Of a DNA stretch of 64,000 bases, positions 10,091-20,000 are shown piece after piece. The notes under the pieces were generated by a model. The model was given only the letters and a program-made list of their open reading frames with translations, was not told the origin of the DNA and made no database searches. Both the position numbers and the translations under genes were made by a program. Origin of the DNA: Gammaproteobacteria bacterium (GTDB lineage: Bacteria > Pseudomonadota > Gammaproteobacteria > Enterobacterales > Alteromonadaceae); contig JAHIWM010000102.1 of NCBI GenBank assembly GCA_018815765.1, forward strand, positions 45,089 through 109,088, given 5' to 3'. Within the stretch, counting starts at the first letter, position 1; the number at the start of each line of letters is the position of its first letter.

Positions 10091-10744
10091 ATGAATCTGT
10101 TTCAACTGAATTTGACCCCTGGGTTAGTGCACCCCATTTTATTGCAACTGCGAGATCCTCAGATCCAAAAAGATCGGCTGCGTTTTAAATTTAACTTAGA
10201 GCGTTTAGGTTTTTTGCTGGCAGCAGAATTAGCAAAAACTTTGCCTGTGCATAAAGTTGAAGTGCAAACCGTACTGGGAACAACAGAAATTGCAGTGCCT
10301 GCACAGCCTCCGGTATTAGTGACCATATTAAGGGCAGGCCTGGCGTTTTATCAGGGCTTTGCCAATGCCTTTGATGATGCAGACAGTGGTTTTATCGGCG
10401 CTTACCGTGTCGAAGGCGAGTCGGCAGAGCAGCTTGAGATCCGGATGAATTACGCGGCTTTGCCTGATCTAACAGGTCGCGATTTGATTTTAATAGACCC
10501 AATGTTGGCGACAGGCGGGTCTTTGCTTAAAGTCTGGCAACTGATTGCTAGTCAGGCAACACCCCGTTCTGTGCATGTGGCCGCCGCTATTGCCGCGCCT
10601 GAAGGTGTGGAGGCGTTACGCCAGCATTTACCGCAAAACAGTTATTTGTGGTTAGGTGCTTTGGATCAGCAACTGAATGAGCAGGCTTATATAGTACCAG
10701 GCCTTGGTGATGCAGGGGATCTGTGTTTTGGCCCTAAGCTCTGA
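10091..10744 (+). CDS. upp: uracil phosphoribosyltransferase
   Basis: 217 aa. PRPP-binding loop LILIDPMLATGGS and C-terminal YIVPGLGDAGD are Upp signatures. Confidence 0.85.
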   Translation: MNLFQLNLTPGLVHPILLQLRDPQIQKDRLRFKFNLERLGFLLAAELAKTLPVHKVEVQTVLGTTEIAVPAQPPVLVTILRAGLAFYQGFANAFDDADSGFIGAYRVEGESAEQLEIRMNYAALPDLTGRDLILIDPMLATGGSLLKVWQLIASQATPRSVHVAAAIAAPEGVEALRQHLPQNSYLWLGALDQQLNEQAYIVPGLGDAGDLCFGPKL

Positions 10745-10755
10745 GGTTTTGGATC

Positions 10756-11790
10756 TCAGGGCGTTTTAGCCGCTAATGGTTGGCGGATCATCCATTGTTG
10801 TTTGGGCGCTATGATCTGCTGCAAAGGTAATTGTTCAATACTTTGCCCATCCAAAATCCGTATTTGCGGACTGACTTGTTTGGCGTAAGGTTGTTGTTGC
10901 AGGATGCGCAGTGCCAAATCAATACTGATGCGGGCCTGGATCACTGGCGAATCAGTTGCTGCTGCCAGCAACTGACCGCTTTGGATCAGCCGCACTACTT
11001 GTGGATTGGCGTAATACGCCATCACTTCAGTTTTTGTCAGGCTTTCAGCCGAGATAAAATTTTGGGCAACACCAGCAGCGACTGCATTGGCCAGCACATA
11101 GTTCGGCTGTTGGTGGCTAAACAGCTGTCGTACTAAAGTAGCCTGCGAGAAATTGTCTGTGGCGCCATAACCGCCATGCATAAGTTTAATCTGGCTCCCT
11201 TCTAATTCTTGTTTTAAACCCCGTTCTGCATCCTGTACCCATGCAGCCTGAACAGGTCCGGGAAACCAGGCTATAGTCGCATTCAGTTGCGGATTGAGTT
11301 TTAATAAATACTGGATGCTTTTGGCCGCCATATCCGCAAAAGATAGCGAAGAGCGGGCGGTAATAGCTGGGCTTTTGATACCATTAATCAGGTCAATCAC
11401 CGGAATACCGGAATCTTTAAGCTGTAAAATTAAGTCGTTTAAGCCTTCACTGGAGATGGCGGCAATAATCAGCGCATCGGCTTTATTATTGACACAATCC
11501 TGTAGCTGCTGGCGTTGGCGCGGTAAATTCTCATAACCTCCGGCTTCATAAATTCCTAATTGCACGCCCTGGCGTTTCGCTTCTTCTGCTAAACCCCAGG
11601 ATACGCCCCACCAGTAATGATCTTTGCCATGGGGCAACAAAGCACAGAGCCGCCATGCTTTAGTTATTTTTTGCAGCGGTTGATACTGCAGCTTTTTACC
11701 ATCAGCCTGCACGTCAACCGGATACCAGTTCTGCTCTGCCTCTAACGAGAAGCCAAAACCAAAACCTATCATCAACAACGCTCTGAACAT
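10756..11790 (-). CDS. TorT-like periplasmic binding protein (type-I PBP fold)
   Basis: The segment KAWRLCALLPHGKDHYWWGVSWGLAEEAKRQGVQLGIYEAGGY closely parallels my recollection of E. coli TorT (KRAWKLCALYPSLKDSYWLSLNYGMQEAARRYGVDLKVLEAGGY). No torS, torR or torCAD is nearby. Confidence 0.55.
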   Translation of the reverse strand: MFRALLMIGFGFGFSLEAEQNWYPVDVQADGKKLQYQPLQKITKAWRLCALLPHGKDHYWWGVSWGLAEEAKRQGVQLGIYEAGGYENLPRQRQQLQDCVNNKADALIIAAISSEGLNDLILQLKDSGIPVIDLINGIKSPAITARSSLSFADMAAKSIQYLLKLNPQLNATIAWFPGPVQAAWVQDAERGLKQELEGSQIKLMHGGYGATDNFSQATLVRQLFSHQQPNYVLANAVAAGVAQNFISAESLTKTEVMAYYANPQVVRLIQSGQLLAAATDSPVIQARISIDLALRILQQQPYAKQVSPQIRILDGQSIEQLPLQQIIAPKQQWMIRQPLAAKTP

Positions 11791-11872
11791 GAAATCCCCT
11801 TTTTATATCTGTTTAAAACTAGAGGAGATTTCAGCACTTGGCGAATAGTCTTTTCTGATGATCAGAGCCGGG

Positions 11873-13144
11873 CTAGTGTTGTGCCAATTTTTTTCGCAAA
11901 TGCCAGAAATACCAAAGCACCATAGCCACGACCAGCGGAATACTGATGGACTCTATGGTTTTTGCTGGCCACTGCGGGATCCAGTGCACTATGGCTTGCT
12001 GAGCTTTGGTGAGAAGTTGCAGTGAGTAGTAGCTGATGGCGACGACCGACAAGCGTTCGACCGCACTTTGTAATTTAAGCTGCAAGTGAGCTCTTTTATC
12101 CATAGACGATAACAGCGTCTGATTTTGCCATGCCAGCTTTAAGTTGATTTGAGTGCGCAATAATTCAGTGGAACGTCCCAAACGTTCTGCCAATTGCTGC
12201 TGGCGCCTTAAAATCGACTGAGCTGTGCGCCAGGCCGGTGTTAAACGTCGTTCGGTAAAATGTTGTAACGACATTAAACCTTCAACAGGCTGTTCATCCA
12301 GACTTTTTAGCCTGTCCAATGTCAGCTGATAGTAGGCGTGGCTGGCTTGTAATCTGCTGCTGTTCTCTGAAATCTGATGTTCAGTCTGCGCTGCCAATTG
12401 GATCAGTTCATCCAGCAACTGCTCATCATTGCCTTGTTTTTGCTCAATACGCGAGGTAATGACCGCCAGTTGTTGTTCTTGTTGTGGCAACTGATGCAGT
12501 GCCTGCTTGCAATAAGGCCAGGCTAAAAGAGCCAGCTTGCGATAGTTGCCTAAATCAAACAGTTGCTGCACTAATGCGCCTAAAGCACTGCGGCTTAAGC
12601 CATTATCCAGCACCAGCATACGGCCTGCACCTTCATTGTGTTTGCGAAAATCAGTCCAAATTCTGGCTTTGCCATTAAATACCATGCTGCTGATCAAATG
12701 TTCACTGACAAAAAGCTCTGTTGGGTCTTGGGTCGCCAGTTGAGCCGGCTGAACTATGCTCAGTTGCACTACACGAAACAACTGGCCAGGTAAGCTGCTA
12801 AACCATTCATTGTCAGGCACTAAATCCTGTGGATCACAAAACAGGCTTGGGGCCGCACCGCTGCGAATAAAGGTATAAGTGGAGAATTCATTATGGCGCT
12901 CCCAGCGTAGCCAACTGCCGCCCAACTGCAGATTACAGTCTTGTTCATGCGGTTCAAGGTCTTTGCCATGTTGCTGTGCCAGCTGTTGCATGGCCTGATA
13001 CTCAGCAGTACGTGAAGTGCTGGATAAAGTCAGCACAAACTGACAGAGCTGACAGGGAGAGTCCAGAGCCGGGAAAAAGCGTTGCTGTAACTCCTGTTCC
13101 AGCAAATCGCGTTGTGGGTGTTGGCGTAAATAAAGTTGAACCAT
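11873..13144 (-). CDS. DUF3422-like membrane-anchored protein
   Basis: About 423 aa from ATG 13144 (MVQLYLRQHPQRD...). It has a HNEFSTYTF motif, long coiled-coil-like middle region and C-terminal TM segments. The ORF-track start at 13204 adds a doubtful 20 aa. Confidence 0.4.
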   Translation of the reverse strand: MVQLYLRQHPQRDLLEQELQQRFFPALDSPCQLCQFVLTLSSTSRTAEYQAMQQLAQQHGKDLEPHEQDCNLQLGGSWLRWERHNEFSTYTFIRSGAAPSLFCDPQDLVPDNEWFSSLPGQLFRVVQLSIVQPAQLATQDPTELFVSEHLISSMVFNGKARIWTDFRKHNEGAGRMLVLDNGLSRSALGALVQQLFDLGNYRKLALLAWPYCKQALHQLPQQEQQLAVITSRIEQKQGNDEQLLDELIQLAAQTEHQISENSSRLQASHAYYQLTLDRLKSLDEQPVEGLMSLQHFTERRLTPAWRTAQSILRRQQQLAERLGRSTELLRTQINLKLAWQNQTLLSSMDKRAHLQLKLQSAVERLSVVAISYYSLQLLTKAQQAIVHWIPQWPAKTIESISIPLVVAMVLWYFWHLRKKLAQH

Positions 13145-13401
13145 AACAGACTCCAAAACTAAAAAACAAACAAGCCACAGAACTGAAGCAGTATCCGTAC
13201 CCATGCATGACAGCCTGATGTCAATTATTTGATTTTATTGATAAATTCACTGTTTTATTTAGAGTTCTTCTTTATTGATCAATAGCTTAATGTCCTTTCT
13301 CTGTACAACAAAGCACTAAACAAGTGCATTTCTGTTAACACTTTATTTTCAAATAAAACGGACTACAGTTAAAACAGGAACATAACAAGGAGGCCAAACA
13401 A

Positions 13402-14232
13402 ATGCGAGTTTTGTATTTGTCATTGTGTTGTACGACCATGCTGGCGACTGCTCCGGCTTTTGGTCTTGAAACATTACCCCAGTTACAACTGGCCCAATCC
13501 TATCAGCAGCAGGAGGCCGTCTCTGTTTTTTGGATCAGTGAAAAACTCGATGGGGTACGTATCTTTTGGGATGGTAAGCAAGCACGCAGTCGCAGCGGGC
13601 AGTGGATTAAGCTGCCAGACGAGTTACTGAAGCAACTGCCTGATTTTGCTTTAGATGGCGAATTGTGGGCTGGCAGGGGAAAATTTCAGCAGGTGATGCA
13701 GGCGTTGCAAAGCTCCGGAACTGAACTCTGGCAAGGCATTCGTCTGATGGTGTTTGATGCACCACAACAACCCGGCACTTTTACTGAACGGTTGCAGTTT
13801 TTAAAGCAGCAACTGGCGGATACTGCTTTTGTGCAGTTATTGCCCCAACAGCAGCTGCAAACAAAAGCCCAGCTTGACGAGCTATTACAACAAGTAGTGG
13901 CCGAAGGTGGGGAAGGGCTGATGTTGCACAGTGGTGACGCTCTTTATCAAAGTGGGCGGGTCAGTCATTTACAAAAACTGAAACTCTTTGAAGATGCTGA
14001 AGCAAGAGTCGTCGCGCATTTACCGGGTAAGGGTCAATTTAGTGGCATGCTGGGCGCGTTATTGGTGGAGTTACCTGATGGCCGCCGTTTTAAATTAGGT
14101 TCGGGTTTTACTGTGGCAGAACGTCAAAATCCACCAGAAATAGGGTGTTTAGTCACTTTTCAATACCAGGGGCTGACCCACAAAGGCACGCCTCGTTTTG
14201 CGGTTTTTCTACGAGAGCGATCAGAGCCATAA
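13402..14232 (+). CDS. ATP-dependent DNA ligase with signal peptide (LigE-type, predicted periplasmic)
   Basis: 276 aa with signal peptide LCCTTMLATAPAFG/LE. Adenylation motif I is SEKLDGVR, followed by EGLMLH and the C-terminal OB-like GTPRFAVFLRER. AAGGAGG lies 8 nt upstream of the ATG. Confidence 0.8.
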   Translation: MRVLYLSLCCTTMLATAPAFGLETLPQLQLAQSYQQQEAVSVFWISEKLDGVRIFWDGKQARSRSGQWIKLPDELLKQLPDFALDGELWAGRGKFQQVMQALQSSGTELWQGIRLMVFDAPQQPGTFTERLQFLKQQLADTAFVQLLPQQQLQTKAQLDELLQQVVAEGGEGLMLHSGDALYQSGRVSHLQKLKLFEDAEARVVAHLPGKGQFSGMLGALLVELPDGRRFKLGSGFTVAERQNPPEIGCLVTFQYQGLTHKGTPRFAVFLRERSEP

Positions 14233-14304
14233 AAAGTCAGTCAGAGGCTCTTGTAGGTGCTGCTATTAGCCGCCAGAATAGCGACCTTCATTGATGAGGT
14301 AGCT

Positions 14305-14928
14305 ATGATCAATCTGGCCTTGATGGGCGCTTTTATTCCGACTTTTTTATTTGTCTCTGTCACGCCAGGTATGTGTATGACCCTTGCTATGACGTTGGGT
14401 ATGACTCAGGGCGTGCGTCGCACTTTATGGATGATGTGGGGCGAAATGTTAGGTGTGGCTTTAGTGGCCATTTTGGCTGTATGTGGTGTCGCCGCTATGA
14501 TGCTGCAATTTCCTGCTGTGTTTCAGTGGTTTAAAATTGCTGGTGCTTTATTTCTGGCTTATATCGGTTGGCAAATGTGGTGGGCCAAAGGCAAGTTAGC
14601 TATTCCTCAAGCTGGTGTAAGTCGGGAACGGATGCCAAGACGCACTTTATTTAGTCAGGGTTTTGTCACTGCTGTGTCTAACCCCAAGGGCTGGGCTTTT
14701 CATATGGCCTTGTTACCACCTTTTATCGACAGCCAACTGGCATTTTGGCCTCAGTTGCTGGTGTTGGTCTGTATTATTATTTTGCTGGAGTTTCTCTCTA
14801 TGTTGCTCTACGCCAGTGGCGGCAAAGCCTTGGGCGCCTTTTTTCAGCAACAAAACAAAGTGCAGTGGCTCAATCGTATCGCTGCCAGTTTAATGTTTGG
14901 TGTGGCGTTGTGGATGCTGCTGGGTTAA
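14305..14928 (+). CDS. LysE/RhtB-family amino-acid exporter
   Basis: 207 aa with multiple TM helices. The N-terminal FLFVSVTPGMCM and SNPKGWAF motifs match the family. GAGG precedes ATG 14305; the ORF-track GTG at 14257 is less likely. Confidence 0.75.
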   Translation: MINLALMGAFIPTFLFVSVTPGMCMTLAMTLGMTQGVRRTLWMMWGEMLGVALVAILAVCGVAAMMLQFPAVFQWFKIAGALFLAYIGWQMWWAKGKLAIPQAGVSRERMPRRTLFSQGFVTAVSNPKGWAFHMALLPPFIDSQLAFWPQLLVLVCIIILLEFLSMLLYASGGKALGAFFQQQNKVQWLNRIAASLMFGVALWMLLG

Positions 14929-14952
14929 CGCTTAACCAGCTTAGAAAGTGCC

Positions 14953-16200
14953 TTACCAGCGATAACCGAAAATCAGGCTGCTGGAGCGTTGTTTAGCCTC
15001 AGCCAGCCAACCATCCCACTGGGTTCTGTTCGGTTGGACGCTGGTTAAACTGTTGTGCTCCAGTGCAATGTTAAAGTGCTCTGTCAGCTGATAAGTCCAG
15101 TTCAAGGTCCAGCTGTGGCCTTTGCCATTGTTATCATCTGTTGGAGTCTGGTCTTTATCTATCACTTCAAAACGGTCGTAACGGGCACTTAAACTGTGCT
15201 GTTCCAACTGATAGTTCAGCATCAGGTAACTGCTGCGATAATCTGCCACTACTGTGTTTTGTCCCATAGCTGTATCGCCATTCAGATACTGCGCTAGCAG
15301 CCGCCATTGTTCTGTCAGTTGATGTTGCAAAGCCAGACTGACGAAACGGCTATCCCATGCATATTGGTCGTCCTTAAAAGTAGTAGGCTCGCCTCTGTTG
15401 TCATACCAATACAGCCGGACTTCGGTCTGGTCTTTGTGTTGCCAGTGTAGTCCTGTGTAGTAGCCGGTTTTATGATCCAGCTCGCGATTAGGCTCCACCC
15501 AGGCCGGTTGTTTTTCAACTACACCGCCTACCGCTATGCTGGGGTAATTAGCAAAATCAACCCGCTCCCCAATACCGGTTTGCAGGTTATGCAAAGCAAA
15601 ACCGCGCCAGGTTAAAATGGAACCGGCTGGATCATTGCCCTGAAACAATGCCCCTACCCATTGAACACTATGATCTGATTTAAAAAAACGGCCGGGACGA
15701 CTGACGGATAATTCAACAGCTCTGGTTTTTATTTCTTCGGCTATCCAGCTATCGATGGCTGAGAATGAACTGGTATAAGGCGACGTCCATGCCAGATCGG
15801 TATTCTCCAGTGACATGGCCGGATAAAATACCCCGGCTCTGCCACGCACTCTGTAGCCTGACACAGGCAAAGGACTCCAGTTTAGCCAGGCTTCTGTGAC
15901 GCCGATACCGGCTTCTGGAGCTCTGTGCCACTGCGCATGCACTATGGCTGAAAAATCAGAATCGGTTTCAAGCAAAGCGACCAAATACTGTGGCCCAGCG
16001 CCTGCGTCGGTGTGATGACCAAACTGACCAGTGCCTTTTTGCCACCATGGCGTTAAATAATGAGCTGTATCATTTTGTTTATTCAGGTAAAATTCGCCGC
16101 GACCATGCAGGCTTAGCTGCTCAAAAGCTGGTGCTGTCATGCTGAAAAGCAGAGCTGGTATCAGACTGATACAAAAAAGAGCTGGGCGAGTGGGCGACAT
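14953..16200 (-). CDS. outer-membrane beta-barrel protein (family unassigned)
   Basis: 415 aa with signal peptide IPALLFSMTAPA/FE. Amphipathic strand pattern and terminal ...LIFGYRW. Confidence 0.5.
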   Translation of the reverse strand: MSPTRPALFCISLIPALLFSMTAPAFEQLSLHGRGEFYLNKQNDTAHYLTPWWQKGTGQFGHHTDAGAGPQYLVALLETDSDFSAIVHAQWHRAPEAGIGVTEAWLNWSPLPVSGYRVRGRAGVFYPAMSLENTDLAWTSPYTSSFSAIDSWIAEEIKTRAVELSVSRPGRFFKSDHSVQWVGALFQGNDPAGSILTWRGFALHNLQTGIGERVDFANYPSIAVGGVVEKQPAWVEPNRELDHKTGYYTGLHWQHKDQTEVRLYWYDNRGEPTTFKDDQYAWDSRFVSLALQHQLTEQWRLLAQYLNGDTAMGQNTVVADYRSSYLMLNYQLEQHSLSARYDRFEVIDKDQTPTDDNNGKGHSWTLNWTYQLTEHFNIALEHNSLTSVQPNRTQWDGWLAEAKQRSSSLIFGYRW

Positions 16201-16385
16201 CCTGTGTTCCTTATTTTTTATTCTGCTGTGATAGTAGCAGTTCGCTGTGGCCTATAAAAAGCAGCGACTAACAAAAACTGCGGATAGAACAAAGTTTTGC
16301 AGCTTTCTCTGGCAGATAATGACAAGCGGCCTAAACTGCTTTAGTTTAACCAGACTTTTCCCCCTCTGGCCCCGGAGATCATTGA

Positions 16386-17024
16386 ATGGCCTTTTTAACC
16401 CGCATTTTATCTGGTTGTTTATTGTTCTGTTTTAGTACAGTGGCTTTGGCGGCGGTCCAGATCACTGTGACTGACCAGCAAGGCCAACCGCTGGAAGATG
16501 CAGTGGTCGAATTACTGGATCCGGCCAATCAACAATTTTCACAAAAAAAAGCGGAAGTGAAACAACAAGACCTGACTTTTATTCCTTTTGTCTCGGCTTA
16601 CCAAACCGGCACTGCTGTTGATTTTCCGAATATGGATAAAACCCGGCATCATGTGTATTCCTTTTCACCGGCCAAAGTATTTGAGCTGAAGTTGTATGCG
16701 AATAAACCTGAAGCACCTGTCTTGTTTGATCAGGCCGGTATTATCGCTTTGGGCTGTAATATTCACGACTATATGCAGGCCTATATTTATATTGGCGACA
16801 GTCCGTTTTTGCAGGTCACGGATGGCAAAGGTCTGGTGGCTTTTAACGATATTCCGGATGGCACTTATCAGCTCAAACTCTGGCATCCATGGCAAAATGC
16901 CGACTGGGTGACTCAGCAAGTCCAAATTAAACAAGGCCAGCTGATGAGTTATCAGCTGGCTATTACCGCTCAGGAAAAACCAAAGAAACCGAAAAAAGGT
17001 TTTGGTGCTTCCTATACTCCCTGA
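16386..17024 (+). CDS. secreted cupredoxin-like protein (often annotated 'methylamine utilization protein')
   Basis: 212 aa with signal peptide CFSTVALA/AV. Putative type-1 Cu ligands are H in TRHHVYSF and C-x2-H-x2-M in GCNIHDYM. Confidence 0.5.
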   Translation: MAFLTRILSGCLLFCFSTVALAAVQITVTDQQGQPLEDAVVELLDPANQQFSQKKAEVKQQDLTFIPFVSAYQTGTAVDFPNMDKTRHHVYSFSPAKVFELKLYANKPEAPVLFDQAGIIALGCNIHDYMQAYIYIGDSPFLQVTDGKGLVAFNDIPDGTYQLKLWHPWQNADWVTQQVQIKQGQLMSYQLAITAQEKPKKPKKGFGASYTP

Positions 17025-17049
17025 TTTTTTAACCTAAAGGAGCCGACTC

Positions 17050-17547
17050 ATGGCCACAGTAACATTAAAAGGTAATCCATTTCAGACCATAGGCGAACTG
17101 CCGGCAGTGGGCAGCAAAGCCCCTGATTTCACCTTAACAGGAGCAGGTTTGGCTGATGTCAAACTGGCAGATTTTGCTGGTCAACGTCTGGTGCTGAATA
17201 TTTTCCCAAGCGTAGATACACCAACCTGCGCCACTTCAGTGCGCACTTTTAACAAAGCATTATCGAGCTTAAGCAATACAACAGTGTTGTGTGTTTCTGC
17301 AGATTTGCCTTTTGCTCAGGCGCGTTTTTGTGGCGCTGAAGGGTTGGAGCAAGTGAAAAACGGTTCAAGTTTCCGCAGTTCATTTGGCAAAGACTATGGC
17401 GTGGCATTTTCTACTGGTCCTCTGACTGGTTTATTGTCCCGCGCTGTTGTCGTTGTTGGCACTGACGGTACAGTGTTATACACAGAACAAGTGGCTGAAA
17501 CTGCTGATGAACCTTCGTACGAAGGCGCTTTGGCCGTCTTAGCTTAA
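17050..17547 (+). CDS. tpx: thiol peroxidase Tpx
   Basis: 165 aa. FPSVDTPTCA (peroxidatic Cys), VLCVSADLPFAQARFCGAEG and the end EPSYEGALAVLA align with E. coli Tpx as I recall it. Confidence 0.9.
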   Translation: MATVTLKGNPFQTIGELPAVGSKAPDFTLTGAGLADVKLADFAGQRLVLNIFPSVDTPTCATSVRTFNKALSSLSNTTVLCVSADLPFAQARFCGAEGLEQVKNGSSFRSSFGKDYGVAFSTGPLTGLLSRAVVVVGTDGTVLYTEQVAETADEPSYEGALAVLA

Positions 17548-17557
17548 CTATTAAATT

Positions 17558-17613
17558 AATTCGGGTCAGAGTAAAATTAAATCTCGCAGTTTAATTTTAC
17601 TCTGACCCGAATT
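17558..17613. repeat. palindromic intergenic repeat, subfamily A copy 2
   Basis: AATTCGGGTCAGAGTAAAATTAA-atctcgcagt-TTAATTTTACTCTGACCCGAATT, located 10 nt after the tpx stop. Confidence 0.85.
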
Positions 17614-17627
17614 AAAAGAGTCCCTTT

Positions 17628-18353
17628 ATGCGATACAGACTACTTTTAGTTTTCGCTTTGTTTATGCTGCCTCCGGTCTTGGCTGATAGCACTGCCTCGC
17701 CAGATAAAATCCTGCGTATGGGTATTCATAATTTTCCACCTGATTTTGTGGTCAGTACTGATGGCAAAAGTTGTAGTGGTGAAGGATATCTATTGGCTCA
17801 GCGGGTGTTTGCACAAGCAGGTTTTAAGTTAGAAGCGGTTTGTACCACACCAGCCCGGATGTATTTGCTATTAGATCAAGGTGAAGTGGATTTTAGTATT
17901 AACGTAAAAACCACAGCTGCGATCAGTAAAAAACATAGGTTTATCGAACCTGCTTATATGCCGATGCAGCTGATGCTGTACAGTCATGCACTTAGCTCTA
18001 CTGCACCACAAGATAAAACCGTGGCCGCTATCCGCTCTTTTGATTATTTAGGTCAGCGCCAGCAATTGCTGCAGCAAGGTTATCAGCTGGTGGATATGCC
18101 AGACAGTATCAGCGCTGTGCAGTTGTTTTTGCACCAACGTACTCAGCATTTGATTAGTTATCAGGGACCTTTTGTGGCTTATGCTGATAAACAATCCACT
18201 GATGTTGTCACTGGCTTAAAACAAAAGAAACTGGCAGAAATAGACGCCTATTTTGTGGTGTCCGCTGCTTCAGCTGATCATCAACGCATTATTGAAGTTT
18301 TACAGCACCACGCCAAAGCTCATAGCTGCAGTTATCTGAAGGGCTGTGGTTAA
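17628..18353 (+). CDS. periplasmic family-3 solute-binding-like protein (orphan)
   Basis: 241 aa with signal peptide FALFMLPPVLA/DS. SBP_bac_3-like pattern with no transporter genes adjacent. Confidence 0.45.
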   Translation: MRYRLLLVFALFMLPPVLADSTASPDKILRMGIHNFPPDFVVSTDGKSCSGEGYLLAQRVFAQAGFKLEAVCTTPARMYLLLDQGEVDFSINVKTTAAISKKHRFIEPAYMPMQLMLYSHALSSTAPQDKTVAAIRSFDYLGQRQQLLQQGYQLVDMPDSISAVQLFLHQRTQHLISYQGPFVAYADKQSTDVVTGLKQKKLAEIDAYFVVSAASADHQRIIEVLQHHAKAHSCSYLKGCG

Positions 18354-18465
18354 GAAGATTTGCTGACCTTTCTGCCCGCTACTTGCCTGAACTTTAAAAG
18401 CATTGCTTTTTTACCTCTGTTTTTGCTTGAATAGCTGCCTCTTTTTATCTGTGCAGAATCTTTCT

Positions 18466-18921
18466 ATGTCCATCGAAGCTCTTGACCCTTTATCTGCTCC
18501 GGCAGCTCATTTACTGGCTTTATCCGATGCTTATATGGCGTCTTTATACCCGGCTGAAAGTAACCATATGGAAAGCCCATCTGCTTTGGCTTTGCCTAAT
18601 GTCCTGTTTTTAGGTGCTTATCTGGATGGTGAGTTAGCAGGCTGTGGCGCTGTTAAAATAATGCATGATGATGGTAGTTATGGCGAAATTAAGCGGGTGT
18701 ATGTGCTGGATGCATTCAGAGGCCGTGGCCTGTCAAAACAGCTGATGCAGGCACTGGAAGCTCATCTTATAGAGCAGCAGATCTCACTGGCACGGCTTGA
18801 AACCGGTATTTCTCAGCCCGAAGCTTTGGGCTTGTATGAAAAACTGGGCTATCAGTACAGAGCACCTTTTGCCTCTTATCAGTTGGATCCTTTAAGTGTG
18901 TTTATGGAAAAGCGCCTTTAG
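18466..18921 (+). CDS. GNAT-family N-acetyltransferase
   Basis: 151 aa from ATG 18466. The acetyl-CoA-binding motif RGRGLSKQLMQALE fits Q/RxxGxG/A. Confidence 0.75.
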   Translation: MSIEALDPLSAPAAHLLALSDAYMASLYPAESNHMESPSALALPNVLFLGAYLDGELAGCGAVKIMHDDGSYGEIKRVYVLDAFRGRGLSKQLMQALEAHLIEQQISLARLETGISQPEALGLYEKLGYQYRAPFASYQLDPLSVFMEKRL

Positions 18922-19064
18922 CCTGTCGCTTTTTGTCCCCGAAATAGTTGTATTGACGCTGGTCATCAGCGCATTTTTTAAGCTAAGCTGCTTCTTGTGC
19001 CTGATTGATGTACACCCTAATCAGGCTTCCTATTGATACTAAACGGAAACAAGGAGTCTGGTTT

Positions 19065-19652
19065 ATGCGTTTTTATTCTGCTCAATTATGGATGCTGCTG
19101 GCCGCTTCACTGCTGGCAGGTTGTAGCACTTTACCTTCATCAACCTCACCACTGACTAAATCACCCGCTACCACAGTGCCAGTAGGGGCAACTGACTGTG
19201 TCGGGACTATTCAGGCGCCAGCTGCTGGTCTGGAGGCAGCTTCAGATCCAGAGCTGCTGCAATCTGCTTTAGGCCAGCCGGACAAAGGTCAGCTTTGCAT
19301 GGGACAAGTCTTTGTGGCTACAGCACCAGTGACGGTGTATAGAGTCTGGGATCAGGCCAAAAGCTATACGCTGTATGGCCGTTGGTGGTCATTTATGTTA
19401 CCCACGGGCCCGACCGATCAGTACAGAGAAGCCAATGCCATTTGTCCAGGCTGGAGCGTACTCAACCAAATGAGCAGTTGTACTTTAAAAGTGGGTAGTA
19501 AAATTGTGGTAGGGCCAGGTCAAAGCGCTGATTGTGGCGAAGGTCTGGTCTATCCTAAGTCTGCTGTGAATCAGGTCTACATCAATAACGATTCACGTAA
19601 CAATGTGCTTTGGGTAGAAAACTGTGACGCAGGCAGTAACTGGCCGCAATAA
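19065..19652 (+). CDS. Cys-rich lipoprotein of unknown function
   Basis: 195 aa from ATG 19065, with AAGGAG 8 nt upstream. Lipobox is LLAGC. Seven further Cys residues are present. No family recognised. Confidence 0.5.
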   Translation: MRFYSAQLWMLLAASLLAGCSTLPSSTSPLTKSPATTVPVGATDCVGTIQAPAAGLEAASDPELLQSALGQPDKGQLCMGQVFVATAPVTVYRVWDQAKSYTLYGRWWSFMLPTGPTDQYREANAICPGWSVLNQMSSCTLKVGSKIVVGPGQSADCGEGLVYPKSAVNQVYINNDSRNNVLWVENCDAGSNWPQ

Positions 19653-19830
19653 GGACGAGTCCAGAATTGCCGTATGCGGCCTTAGCGTTGCCGATTTAGG
19701 CCAAAGCTCTGATGTAAGGCTCTGGCCTTAACCTCACTCTGCTTTGATGTTTCTGCTACAGCCCTCTTGTCTAAAGGCAAAGGGCTTGTGTTCAGCTTTC
19801 TCACTTTATTGTTGTTTTAGATTTTTTAAA

Positions 19831-19848
19831 AGTTAACACTTGTTCACT
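19831..19848. promoter_or_regulatory. imperfect 18-bp palindrome, candidate TetR-type (DesT-like) operator
   Basis: AGTTAACA-CT-TGTTCACT matches in 7 of 8 arm positions. It lies in an AT-rich region about 150 bp upstream of the desaturase operon. Confidence 0.3.
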
Positions 19849-20000
19849 CACTTTTATTTTTTCGTTCAAATATTGGATTTTAATAATTTATTTAAATTCA
19901 ATTAATTATGTTTTTAATGTCTGATTTGAAAAATAGGAAAGTGGTGTTTTATTTATTTTTAGTGTACAACTGTGCGCTGAAATTAAGTGGAAGGACCAGT

